Assembly (NCBI GenBank): GCA_023515725.1 | Contig: JALDTO010000251.1 | Location: 744,001-808,000, forward strand | Source: Amoeboaphelidium protococcarum X5 | Taxonomy: Eukaryota; Fungi; Aphelidiomycota | Direction of reading: 5' to 3' | Length of the DNA: 64,000 bases | Shown: positions 39,801 to 53,384 of the stretch, in pieces | Position numbering within the stretch: the stretch's first letter is position 1 | Layout of the letters: every line of letters starts with the position of its first letter | The notes under the pieces: model-generated | What the model was told of the DNA's origin: nothing | Databases searched by the model: none | What the model saw: the letters and a program-made list of their open reading frames with translations, nothing else | Translations under genes and position numbers: made by a program

Positions 39801-40515
39801 TATTCAGACGAGATTTGGAGTGATTTAAGAGCATTTGGCTCTACAGTTTGTCGGCCTGTTGAACAATCTGGCGGTGTATCCGCAGTAAAGAAACTCATTC
39901 TATGAAGAGTATGAAGAGGGTGTTGTAGGAACATTGGCCTTCCAGCTGGTTTATCTTTTAACTGAATTGCCGTTTGAGATTTTGTCAAGTATGATATTTG
40001 TTCTCATTACAGATTACGCTGGTGGATTTCAAATGGATGTACCGACATTCTTCAAGTATTCCTTAGTAGCATTGACTCAGGTATCTGTGGGCGAATCAGT
40101 TGGTATCATATTCTGTACATTTTTCATGCATTCTGGTATAGCTGTCTCGTTTACCAATCTCATACTGAGTCTTTTATCCTTTCTATCTGGTATAGTCAAT
40201 GTTAACATTGCTGTCGTCTGGAACTACATCAATAAAGTCACACCTACATTTTATGGAGCGCAGGTTATGGTATAGCGTGAGTTTGACAATATTACCTTCA
40301 CATGCACTGATTCTGAATTACTCACCATCCCACTGCCTGGCGGTGATGTATTGTAAAGATGTCCTATATAGAATGGCAGAGAAGCGCTGGAAGCTTATAA
40401 CTTGGACTAGACTGATTACTCTATCGATCCACTCATTGCATTGGTGGTGTGCCTAGTTGCTTACCGCGTACTGGCCTGTGTCGTTATGCTAGTGGTGATG
40501 CGCTTCAGAAAGTGA
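36823..40515 (+). CDS. Full-size ABCG transporter, (NBD-TMD)x2, YOL075C-like
   Basis: 1230-aa frame; NBD1 GGSGSSKTS/VSGGQRRR/LDECTSGLD/IHQP, NBD2 GSSGSGKSS/ISGGQARR/LDECTTGLD/IHQP, each followed by an ABC2-type membrane domain. Confidence 0.9.
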
Positions 40516-42403
40516 TTCTGTTTGTAAAAGAATACAATTGGATTATTGAAATGTGATGTCGGCACATGCCTGTTATCCCTTTTAAATGGCATTTTATGCT
40601 AGTCTATCTCATGAGTGATATTACCAGTCACTTATAGTAAAGACGCATGACATCTTACTTCCACAATTTGAACAATACTTGAAAAATTAAATTTCCGATA
40701 GCAAACGGTATGCACTGAATATCAACCTGATAGAAAATGTATTAGCTTACACATTAATCAAATCCCCTAATAGCAGGCACAGCCTTCTTTGCGCGTTGCA
40801 TTTCCAGAGACACTACAGATAACAGCTCATTCCTCAATACTTGCGCGACGGCTCAGTCTTCTAAATTCTCTTCTACATACGCGGCCAGAAATCATTCAAT
40901 TAAGCCACATGTTGCTTGAGACGTTGCATAAACGTTACCGAATCATCTGCAAATGGTAGAGTGCGAATCTAATCGCGAAGTTCAAGAATATGCTCCGTAG
41001 AGTTTTAGTTCCAGAACTTTTTGATCTACTTGATAGCATCGTGCGCGTATATGCAATCTAAGACGTGATACGGCATTAAGCATCGGAGCATAAAACGAAG
41101 ATAAATTGCGCAGAATAGAGAGAGACCGACAATTTTTTAAGCATAGTCAGTCTTTTAGTCTTGGTAGGGAATGAGCTGGAGAAGCATCCAAATTTCAAGC
41201 AACTTGAGAGCTTTAACAACTCATAGGGCATAAGCATCCTATGCATGGATGCTTGGTAAGTATCATTGCATATCTTGATCGCTCATGAGGACTGTATATC
41301 AATACATGACTCTGTGTACCCATGCCAATTTTTTCTCTCACGAACCACCGGATACTTGTACTTCTATACACTTTTCTTTTATTGTTCCAAATATCTTTCA
41401 ATAATGAAACATTTCTTCCATCTCCGGGATTACCTACGTCCGGATCTTATGTCTTCCGATGGCCAATACCTTCCACAGCACATTACCAAGCGGTCTACAA
41501 TACGACCGTGAATAGTCTTAACAACATCAAATCTCTTACAATCTCCTCAGAAAAAAGGCAATAATCAGCAATTCTAAATGAAAGGTATTCCGGAATATAT
41601 ATCAAGTTCTCGTAGTCACTCCTATGGCTCTCATCAGTAGGAATTTCGCTCTCACAGCATTTGTAATAATACGCGACATTACAGGTCTCACGGTAAGTAT
41701 TTTCTCCGACTTTCTGCCAATGGGCGCACCAAGTTCCGCAAGAGGAATAATGAGTTGGTCAGCTTTAATCCAAAAGCGTAGCCTAGATTGAGCTTTCACC
41801 TTCTTCGATAGGTAGACGGCAGTTCACAAAACAACAATTATCACGCGTCATAGCAGTCAGTATAAACGATAACAAGCCGAGAGATGCAGCACAGCTTTGC
41901 ATTCTCTCACACTCTCTAAAACTTTATTATTTGAGACCCTGATGAATTGTAATCTTCTTTAAATCAGATTATAGTAAAATGCATTCAATCCTATTCCATA
42001 CTGCTAAAGCAAAATAGTCGCAATATGATCGCTAACATCCAATGTCAGTTTAATAAACCTTCAATACTTGTACGACAGTCAATAAGTCCAAAACTAGATG
42101 CATATTAATTAGTGTTGGATGGTATAAAGTATTTTGGGTAGAACCCGCCCAGGTATAAACGCAGATATCCAACCAATAATAAACGGCATATGTTAATTCT
42201 TTTAGACACTTCTCAAGAGAGAAAATGGCGATTCTCAGAGTTCTTCTTAGTGCGATCAGGGGCGGACTGCTTCTAAACATCTCGGAATTCCATCAAAACT
42301 ACATTTGAAGGCGCAAAACTCATTCAACATATGAAGTAGACTATTCGCTACCGACTGAGAGTAGTTGGAGCGATAGAGCTTGATTATCTATCTATTCAAC
42401 GAA

Positions 42404-42471
42404 CAACGATGAGGACCAACTCGTCCTCATGTTGATCCGATCGCACGTTTTGAGGACGAACCTGTCCTCAT
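42404..42471. repeat. Two tandem inverted repeats TGAGGAC-N6-GTCCTCA
   Basis: caacgATGAGGAC-caactc-GTCCTCATgttg (42404-42434) and TGAGGAC-gaacct-GTCCTCA (42451-42470) are directly visible. Confidence 0.8.
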
Positions 42472-42934
42472 TCGACTTTACTTCACCAAAACTCGGTTAG
42501 ACGGCGCAAAACTTGGAGCGACCATGGCATACATCATTCGCCATAGATTGAAAGTGGTTCGAATGTTCTAGCGCGAAAACTCGCAACGTGCGGCGAAGAG
42601 GACAATCTATCCGCTACGATCAACAGTACAGTATGTATCAGTTCAAGCTGAAGAACACCTGGGTACACCATGCTCTATTTTTGCGTAGGTTCCAACTAAT
42701 CACCATTATCTAAATTTCATAATTTCGTTTTATATTTTTGCCTCTTTAATCAGCAGCGATGCTTCAAATATGCTTAATGTTATGCGATGAATGATTTACA
42801 GCGCTGTGAACTGCAGTGAATTTCGTTCCCTTTTCCTTCATTCGTTTTAGAGTACTTTTCTTGTTTAGAGTAACACTGTGAGCATTTAAATTCTAGTTTT
42901 ATCACCATTCTCAATATATCTCTTACTAATTATT

Positions 42935-45900
42935 ATGTCTTCATCATCAGCCTAGTATTCATCCAGGCAGTCTCCAGCATATATTGATGAAGACGAGGAG
43001 TACGATTTTGATGCAGATGAAGATTACGATGAAGAGGCTCTGGTCAAACAGCGAAACATGCTAGTTGAGAAGGTAAGTTGTTCAATTAAAGTCTATTTAG
43101 CTATATGTGTAATCATTGTCTTGCTGTATATCAAATCTTGTAGATTAATAAAATTCAGGAGCAGATTGCTAAAGAGAACAAGATGAAGTTGGCTATCGAG
43201 AACATGCTCTCCCTGTATAAGGATCCGGATGCTGCCAAGGATGTGCAGAGTCAACTCAATACTGTAAATGCCAAGATAGCCACACTTGTAAAGTAATAGG
43301 AGAGTCTACGAAGTCATGATAATATCCAGAATAATAAGCGTAGGAGTAGAAAGAGCACTGTTGCATCAGATGGTGATTCTATTATTTAGCTGCGAAAGTC
43401 AACCACAGTGAGCCATATGCCTGCTAATTGGAAGCATGAGCTGAGCCACTTTAAAGGCGGTGAGACTGTGAGCGGAGCTAATGTTAGACAGGCCAGGAAG
43501 CGACCAAATTTGAATATTATGAAGGGAATTCTGCCTAACCTTTAGGATGCTTTACAAAAGGTGAATGCTCGGTTGGAGAATGCTCAAGATCGTCTGGATG
43601 GTGCCAATTATCTATTTAAAATTCTTAAAAGTACCAAGCACGAACTAAGTCAACATAATGAAGAGATTATGAAGGCTGCTTTCGTATGTCTAGATGATTT
43701 TGCTCAAGAACTCAGGGCCGTCGGCTATCGTATATTGAGGTATCTCATCAATGACACCACTATCATGAAAAGTGTATGGCACTATGGCCTTGAATTCTAT
43801 ATTCTGAAAGCTTTGGTTCGTGACCAGAAAGGTGAGATTGAGAGGGAGTAGGCATTTAAGCTTGTGCGAGCTTTCATTGATGTTCACGGTGGATTGAAGT
43901 TTCTACCTCGTGGTGTTATTTCTGTGCTGATTTCCGTGGCAGAGTAGGGGGATGATAAGTTCAAGAATCTGGCTCTAGTTACGCTTTGTGAAATCAGTGT
44001 CAAAGATTTGTAACTCCTTTCGTATTGTGGTGCTTAGAGAGTCGTATTCTAGCAGCTTCTTGATGGAACTTCGAATATGTTGCAGTTTGCCGTCCCAGCC
44101 ATTTTGAGTTTTGTTGATAGTCCCGATACTCGCCGCTTTGTCAGGCCATTTATTGAGATTGAGGCATTGGTGTCTAATTTTACTGATGCCTAGATAAAGT
44201 CACTCTAGTAATAGTAATAGCAGCAGCAGTAGCAGCAAGGATAGTAGCAAGCCTAGTAACAATAGCAATAGCAGTAGTAATAGCAGCAGGGTGGAAATAA
44301 TTCAGACTTACTGCAGGCTGGTGAATAGAATATTGCTTAGTGTTGTCGTGCTTTGGCTTTGATGTTGAGCACTTGGACGGGATTAATTTATATGCTCGGC
44401 CCGCAATCTTCTCCTACTCCTTGGTGTGCTTAGTATATCGTCGATGCTCTAGCTCTTCCGTATGATGAAAACAAGAAACTGATTCTAGATATGCTTTTGG
44501 AGCTATTTGGCATTCATATTCCTCGCTGGCTGCCTGATTTAGTTTTTGCCAATAGCAAGAGTGTAGTCCGCGCCAACAATGCTTTGGAAAATCTCAAGTT
44601 TTAACGTCGATCAGCGCACTAGGCTGAGCGTAATACTGTGACGCGGTAGTTCCTATTAAACTAGCACATGTCTCTATTGCTGTAGATATTTATTAACGCC
44701 GGTCTGATTGAGGTATTGATGATGACGTGTGAGCAATCTGCCAGATACATTGCGGCGAAAGCTGTTATTCTTTTAAGAGAGCTGCTGTTTATGTGCAGTA
44801 AATATTTGCCCAGGGATTAGGTGGCTCAGCTGTATGCTCTGCCAATGTTGTTTAAAGAGGCTAGTAAGTTTGCTCCCAATGATCTAAACTTGTAAGCTAT
44901 ATCTGCCCTAGTTCACATTGATAAGGATGGAGTTTACTTTAGTTCTGCTGCTGCAGCTGTATCGTAATTGTAATATCAAGATGGCAGCGTTCATTAAAGC
45001 CAGGCTAACAATTAGCAGAACATATCATTGACATCTTCCGTGGTTAGCACCAAGATTGCCGGCTCAATTGATGATATATCGCTCAAGGCAATGATCACTG
45101 ACTGTCAGATTTTACTTACAAAAGATTACAAGTGTTGGAACTGGGATCTTATCGGTCAAGTACTTGTCGGACCGCTTATGTTTAGCAATCGCTTTGAGGA
45201 TGTAATGAAGACGACCAAGTTTGTTAAGAGGCTGCTGGCATTCTTTAGACCTGATAACAAACGATTTGCAGATATGAAGAATGGCAAAGGGGCGCAGGCG
45301 TACATAACTGTACTGTTCGATTTGTTTTCATTGCTGTTGGGTAGTAGCGAAGGTGTCAAGTATCTCGGAGCTAATAAGTTTATGCGCAGTTTGCACAAGT
45401 GTCTTACTGAGTTGGATCCCAGTGCTAGGATTGTATCTAACGATGAGCCTGTATTCTCTAGGGAGCATCTGGAGAAGACTGTTAGTAGTATGTACTTTAA
45501 TCTTATTGGATTCATGTCGAGGGATGAGAACGGCTTAAGGCTGTTGGAAGATTGTCATATATTCTCGAGCTTGTACAAGCTGTGTGATTTGAAGAGTAGA
45601 GATGATATAAAGAGGCTGATTGTTACGAATTTGGATTGTTCTATCAACGGCCACGCTCGTATAATCATCCAGAAGATTCTATCATCTGGCTATAAAAAGA
45701 CGCGATTACTTGCCACAAAGTATTTGAAGCATGTTAATTACGATTCGTCATCTCCTTCTGGAAAGAGATGGCTCTTCAAAGTCTTGGTATCCTAGCTCTA
45801 TGATCCGTCCATTGAAGTTTGTGAGCAGGCCGTATCAATACTGTTGGCCAAATGTCGATCTGATGACGATGTTTGTTTGATTATTAATTTACGTCCTCAA

Positions 45901-47418
45901 CTTGAGCACTTGGCTGGCTCTGGCAACCCTCTGATACTCAAGCTATTACAGGTTACTGAAGGATACGAATATCTGCAGAACACTTCATACATTGAGAGGG
46001 AATTACATTTTTGGAACAAGGTGGGTAATTTGCGCTATGTCGTCGAGCTCGAGTTGGCTCTCAGTGAAGGCAATAAACTGGTGCACTATGATGATTATAA
46101 TCCTGTTTAAAGACCGTCGTCCCCTCAAATGTAGAATAGTAAGTATACGGGCGGACTTGGAGATAGTGCAAGCCACTCTGGTAATAATACTGTAATTAGC
46201 CAAGGAGAAGATGATACGCCTTCGATGCCTGTTCATTTCTTTAGTGCGCTGTGTTAAAAACAGTAAGGATGCAGCTTTTTGCGTTAGACTGGATATATTG
46301 CATAAAGTTTGGGAATATTGAAGCAATTTCTCACCTTGTAATTTCCGAATCATGATCAGGTTTTAAGGTGCAAAAGTATTCTATGGGCATTGGGTAATAT
46401 TGGTTCTGGTGAGCTTGGCGCAGGGCTTCTGAAGGAGGAAGGAGCGATAAAAGTTATTTTTGAGTATGGCAAGTAAGTGTCTGTACTGTCTCTGAAAGGA
46501 ACTTCAGTCTTAGTGTTGGGTCTGATCTCACTAACTTTGGTTGGTAGACGGTGTTTGGTCAATTACGGGTGGTAATTGAGTGCGTGTGATGATGCTGTAA
46601 TCTATTCTTTTCCATCCAATTGGAAAGAGTACTTGTCCATTCCTTAGTGGTAGTTTCATAACTTCCAGATGGATGAACCCACTGCTGAAGTATATGGTCA
46701 GTTTTAAGGCATTGAGCCGGATATTATCAAGCATATCGGTAATCTGAGTAATCATGTTCTAGCCAGTGCTTCGTCCAAGTAGTTGAGTAAACTTCGTATG
46801 GAGAAACCGTACATGTTTAGCGACATTAATCTCTTTGTTAAAGTGATGAAATTTGTAAATTCTTACCATTATAGACTGACGCCAAGGCGCTTTATTCATG
46901 ATCTGTTTGATGCGGTTGATTTTAATCAACAGAATGGCGGTATTGTTGGCATGACTCTCTCTGATAATAGCTTCACTCGGGATTCAGTCGCCGTTTATAT
47001 GGCTGAACAGGCTGCAATTGCATTGTAGAAAGCCTCAGCCACTGCTTCTGGTGGTACAAATTATGCTGCACAGACTGGAAGTAAGCGGATTTCTACCGCG
47101 TCTGCAAGAAGAAGATCTACTCTGCATTAGTACCAGAACAATGCCGGCGGAGGGGGTGATTAGAATGAAGTAGCTGGACGTGTGAATTAAGTCGGTGGTG
47201 GTGGCGATGCTAATCAAGATGCAAATGCAGACGCGGATGATTAGTCGCAGTAGCCGCAGCAGGATGGTGATAACAAATAGAAATTTAAACCGGCGCAGTA
47301 AAAATTTGGATTTGCTCTATCTTCTAACGGCAATGGTAGTAGTAATATCGGAGGTCCGAATAGTAAACTGGTTATTAATTCCTAAAGTTAGAACAAGACT
47401 AAAAGCGCAGTGTTATGA
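42935..47418 (+). CDS. AVO3: TORC2 subunit Rictor/Avo3 with N-terminal HR1-like coiled coil; 1 intron (43073-43143)
   Basis: ELRAVGYRILRYL...EREQAFKLVRAFI, WNWDLI, RLLAFFRP, NLDCSINGHARIIIQKIL, QLYDPSIEV, LWALGNIGS, YHYRLTPRRFIHDLF; GTAAGT...TGTAG intron; poly-Q insert. Confidence 0.9.
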
Positions 47419-47673
47419 AGATTATGATTGCGTCTATCCTCAAGTCTACTGTCTTTAATCAATGCACCGCGTATCTGTCTGTGAATACTGTTGTGGATGA
47501 TGATGAAGGTCCGTTCGTATAAAGCGGCAAAGATGAATAAAGTGTGAAATGTTTCAACACGCGCGCGCGCTCTCTTTCTGTTTCTCTCTCTCTCTCTCTT
47601 TGTCGTTTTGCCTGAAATACCGTTAACAATCGTGAACAGGTTGATGCTGTTATAGTGAATAGAGACGGCTGTT

Positions 47674-50600
47674 ATGTTCACTTTGAGCAATTTAGTTTAG
47701 AGTTTTGTGCATGGAATTTTGTTTACTGTCTTTATATAGATTGTTTTGCTTTATTATTGGGTTTACAAGCCATTTAAATCATTGAGTGATGTTAATGCAT
47801 TGAATGGTTCATCAAAGTAATCGGATGGACATAGTAATGGAGTAGAGCGTGATGAAGATGTGAATAATAAAGATTTTAAGCGTGAGCAAGAGGAATGGCC
47901 ACCTGGTATTAGGCAGTAATTGTAAAGTATTCTCAATTGCGAAAGTAATAATAATGCCAAGTCGACGTAAAGTAATGAAAGTAATGTCGATTGGATCAAT
48001 GCCATAATACATCGATACTTTTTAATTTGCCGATCCTCTGAAGTATTTAAAATTAAAATCTGCTAGAAACTTTTAACTCGCCTCAATGCAAAGCTGCGTG
48101 GACCGAACAGTATTGTTCAGGAAATTAGTATTGCTGATTACTCTCTCGGCTCAGAGTGTCCTATCGTACATTCGGTGCGGTTGGTTAAACAGTCCTCAAG
48201 CTTCAAGTCGTCCTCATTGACTAACACGAAGGATCTAGATGTTATTATAGAAGCTGATGTTGAGTATGCTGGTGGGTGTAGACTAAAGATTGTGGCTAGT
48301 TTGAATTTGGGCATTAAAGTTCCCGTGTCTATATAGTTGAATGGATTTCGAGGTCGGTTGCAGATTAGAGTTCCCGCACCGTATCGTAAATTCTGTTATG
48401 CTATTGCATTCACTCAAGATCCGGGATTTGATTTTAGTGTTGAGACGTCCGTGGTGCGGCGAGATTATGAATTTGTGATGAAAGATGTGCTTACAAAGTT
48501 CTTGTCGCGCAAGTTGAAGTAGATGATGTTGTAGTCTTTTGTATTGCCTCATTGGAGAGCATTTGAGCTTCCCGTTGTTAATTATCGTCCGATTATTATC
48601 CCGGAGTTGGAGGCTCTACTAGGATTCAGTAACTTGAATCTGCTTTCATAGGTGTAGAATGATGTATAATAGATGATGAAGAGTGGACGATAGAATTCCC
48701 CTTCTTCTGATTAGGATAGTAAAGACTTGATGGTTGCCTCTACTATAGATGGTGACCAGGATAGATCTTAATCGCTGTAATAACAATAATCATTAAAGTC
48801 TGACAGTGTAGTTAGCGTCACTCCTGATTAAAATGGAAATGTGGATACTGGTTCTGTTAATAATAATACTAGTGGTGGATTAAGTAATGTTAGAAATAGA
48901 AGACTTCCAACGCTGGGTTCTCTATCTCTGAACCTCTATAGATAATAGCAGTAATCTTAAAAGTCTAATTAAAATGTCCAAGAGATAGAAGGTGAAGATA
49001 AGGACAATTCTAATGTTCAGAGTGGTAGTGTAAGATCTTCATCCTTTATACTTGGCCGCAAGAATGTTGTCGGAGACTCCAAGTTGAACTTTGGTAATAA
49101 TAGAAGGCGTAGTAGTTTGAATAACGACATCTTGATAGACAGATGTTTTCCAGTCACAAGTGTCATAGCTTAGTAAAACTACGATAGATACGCAGAACAG
49201 TTGGTGGATTAATTTGTTTAGCTATGTCTTGAAAATAATCCGTACTTTACTGCTAATGTTCAAGTAGCTGATGATGCAGATCAATCATATGCGGATGATT
49301 AGAATCATCAACATATCAATAATTGGCTGTCTTAGTACTGGAGCACGTAGCGGAACAAGAGAGATGTGCTTATGCAGCGAAAGTCTGTGTAAATCCCTTT
49401 GGGAACAACTGGCGCAAATAGTTTGATCTAATCACAATAGACTTAATAGACCGCTTCTTCTGCTCCGTCAGTTTGGAAGAGTGAAGCTTATAGATCATCG
49501 TTTATCTTAAAGTAATAAAATGTTGATCTGTGCTTTAAAGTTGTGGAAAATATTGAGCATCTTCGTCACGTTGAAGACTCTTTTGTAGAAACCAAGATTA
49601 TATAAATGTTTAGTCCCTATAATTAGGAGGATAATAGTAATGCTTAGTCTCAGGTGAATACAGCCGGCAATGTTAGTGTTAATGCCAACTCTTTACCTCG
49701 TAGTAGTTAGCGATTTAATTGTCGTCTAGTTGCTCTCAAGTTTAAGATTGGTCGAGGCGGTGAAGACATATCTCAGTTTTACACAATGTGTGTCACTAAA
49801 CGCGTATCGATCAATGGCATTACTGGCTATGTCGTTGTCTACCGCTCTTGTTCTCCCGCTTCTTTTGTAAATGCGGGGATTAGTAATAACTCATCTAGTG
49901 CATCTGATTCCACCGTCTCTAGTGATCCTGTGAAAGCCAATGAGCATAGTGGTTTACTTCATCGCACTTAATCGATGCCTACGCCGGGATAGTAGTTACA
50001 GAGACAACTTGACTCTCAGGCGATAGTCAAGCAAAAGTCCGACATTGATTCTGTTTAGAATAGTTAAACTCCGTCTACTTCTAACAAACAAATGCTGGAT
50101 GATGAAAGTCAATTGCCTGTGATGAACATTTTTGGTTATTTAGTTCTTCCAATCCATGGCGATAATAACAGAGCTGACGCCACTGGTCTGAGTGCAGGAA
50201 GTGCCGGATGCTTGGTGATTAATCTATCGTCTTTCGGATCAAGTCGGCTCTCAAAGTTGGAGGTGAACTGGCCAAGATCATTTAAGCTCAAAAGTTTTAT
50301 AGAAGAGCTTGCCGGATGGACTCAGCTGACTTCTCCGAGATCTCCCACTATGAGCTCCTCTTCTGATTTGCCGTCTGCTACATTTGCCAACTCTTAGCTG
50401 GACGGTGCCGGGAGCAGGCGCACCACAGATCAAACAGGAGGAGGTGTTCAGAGATTTCCTAATCGTTCCAAGAGTTAGATGGTGAATAGATAAAATGATC
50501 AATCTAGAGGCGAGATGTTGGATGATGGTCAGGGAGAAGATAGTAATCAGAAGCAGTCTTCATTATAGTCGCTATCCTCATCATCTATTACTACTGCAAG

Positions 50601-50856
50601 TGATAAATGGAAACAGCAACTGGTTGGTTATTCATAGAGCATAAAGTAGTATGTCAAGTCTAAGAATTCAAGTAAGCGGTAACCAGTTTCCCCATAGTCT
50701 TCTTCATCATCATCAGCAACTACTGGACATGTATCCTCGCAGTCTGCCAACAACATTCCGTTAATTTCAGGTAATATGCGGAGTAAAGAGAGTGTTTAGG
50801 AAGAAGATACAGAACAAAGTCGAGTCTTAGAGAGAAAAAACTCTGGCGGTTAGTGA
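47674..50856 (+). CDS. Membrane-anchored SMP-domain (MMM1/PDZD8-like) lipid-transfer protein with a C-terminal START-like region
   Basis: 1060-aa frame; N-terminal TM segment (SFVHGILFTVFIQIVLLYYW), SMP motifs NVDWINAIIHRYF...YSLGSECP...VEYAGG...FRGRLQIR...FVLPHW; later YVVVYRS and FGYLVLP START-like strands. Confidence 0.7.
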
Positions 50857-50960
50857 ATATGCATATAAAATCTTGTTAATATCCTAAATCTCACGGGAAA
50901 TAATTGATTAAGTATAAACATTTCATTTACTTATACATTCTATATCAAAAGTTTATTTGT

Positions 50961-53384
50961 TCAATGAGGCGATGCGTTGACACTTTATCGTTTTGAACTT
51001 GTGGCTACTGGCAGTATATAAGGATCATCATAATCATCATCAATGTCCGTATCATACAAGTTCTATGCTCTTGCCGTCGCTGTAGCGCCACTAACACCAT
51101 TGATATAACTTCCTTCATGCTACTACTACTACTACTTTGTGTACCTAAGCAAATCCTTCTTGGTTATAATACCGGCAAGTTATCCCTCATTCTCGATTAA
51201 GCAATATCGAAGTCCAAGGCGAATGAACATCTCGAGTACTATACCTAAATCCATGCGCACCTGTACAGTAATCGGATTAAAATCCACATACTGCTATACG
51301 TACAGAGTACGCTCGTTTTATGCAGCATTAGCGGGGCGATGTATAGACCTTTTGCCATCATTTTATCCCTGAGGTGAAGACAATTAAGAGGAAATTGATC
51401 GTTGATCCGCCGCATGTTATTATTATACTTACTGAGGTTATGAATATATTGATATCTAATCCATTGCTGTCATATTATCCATAACATTGGACTGTATGCT
51501 CGACGCAAGGTTATTCTAATTCGTAGATACTTCAGGAGACACGAAACATATTCTAGTAGATGATGGGAATTGAGGTGTGTAAGTACGAAGAATATACTTG
51601 AGATCTGATCGAGTAATAAATCCAAATATCAGGGAATCATATCCAATAACTGGATATCCTTATACATTAGTACTATCCAATAGCCTCTCGATGGACTCTA
51701 AGGTTTCCGAGTATCCAGACAGAGTATGTAGTCGGTCTGCGGGTGTCATCACATCATCAACCAGAGCATCATCAATAAACTCTTCATTTTCATCAAGATA
51801 TGGGTATCCTTTAAGTTCCACTATGCATTCATAAATACTATTTTTACCATTCAGAGCATCACCGACCCATTTGGAAGTCATGACAGCAATCATAATGGGC
51901 AAGACATAAGTGGATGCTCCTGTCAACTCAAACATGATCACAACCAAAGATATGGTCATTCTAGTTACACCGCCGAGCGCCGCAGCAGCACCAACTAGTG
52001 CATATATACCCGGAGTTACGCAATGTCCACCAGTCGATTCAGCTCCACTAGCCAAGAGACAACTCGAGAACAGGGACCAATCCTGGTGAGCCTCTTGGAG
52101 ACTTTAGACAGCAATTCCAACCACACGACCAAAGCAGGCACCCACCACCATTGACGGTACAAATATACCAGCGGGGACTTTAATGCCAAATGTTATAGTC
52201 ATCAGTACCAATTTCAAGAGACATACATAGAGTAGAGATAATGAATTGGATAGATAGTTGTTCTAATCACACAAACCATTAAACTCATCCTTTTCACATT
52301 CTCTGAACAGAGACAATACCAATTCTGAATTACTTACACGACTAAAAAAGTTAAAGTACCCAATACCGGCAGTCAGGAATGCTACAATCGCCACTTCTAT
52401 AACCGGATACTGCTTGGCCCGTGATGATACTTACCGCCACTGTTATATACGCACATTAAATCTTATAAATATCGCACCAAATATCCCACCAAAAACACCA
52501 ATCAGAATGAACCAGATGAGTTCAAACGAATGCCACGCCCGGTCGTAAATCACTTAGAAGAGTACCAGCTAATTAGTTCTGAACGGATTCAGCATGTGTA
52601 AAGTGACTGTGGAGACCATAGCACAGACAAAGCATCGCCACATAGTTTTGTATGTAAAATATGAACTCACCTCCTCAAGGGCGAACAATACTCCTCCAAT
52701 AGGACTTCCAAATGCAACAGAGACACCAGCGGCTGAGGCTACAGTCAAAACTTCTCTCTTCTTGGCCTCATTATCAGCATACTTATCAAATAGACGTACC
52801 ACAATGTTGCCAATGGCATTTGTGACATGGACTAGAGGCCCTTCTTTGCCCAGCGACAGGCCACCACCCACAGACAGACATAGGCCAACAGATTTAACTA
52901 GAAGTGTCCACGCTCCCAGAAACTTTCTAATCACAAATCCACCCAGAATCGTCTTCACCTCTGGTATTCCACTTCCGGCGGCGTATGGAGCAAGTGTAAT
53001 AACAAAGTATCCAGATATGATGGCCATCAGAGTCGCTGTGAGAGGATACATTAGAAAGCCAGCTTTCCATTCCACCCAAGCAGTACACTCCGCGTCCGCT
53101 CTGTCAACTTCATAGCAGCAGAAGTCTTGATTCAAATACCAAAGATCGGAACAGTATCCATCTTTAATATCAGATAGGTATTCACTAACCACATCTATCC
53201 ACGCTGAAGCAATACCACTCAATACACCTATTATTATAATCAAGATCCAACCAATGGACTTGTCATACAGCATGAAAAACCATCCCATCAACCCAGATCT
53301 ATTAATCAAACTCTAATGCCTCTGCCTACTAACCGTCATATCCTTGATCCAATCAATGGTAGTGAAATCTTCATATTTTTACAT
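50961..53384 (-). CDS. GEF1: CLC chloride channel / Cl-/H+ antiporter (Gef1/ClC-3-like) with CBS domains
   Basis: [60 protein letters not shown]-terminal GIITKKDLL; 807 aa. Confidence 0.93.

Noticed and set aside
42404-42471. CRISPR array or MS2-like operator
   Set aside because: Only two short palindromes, no repeat-spacer periodicity, no cas genes, and a eukaryotic context; the resemblance to the MS2 hairpin is limited to ATGAGGA.
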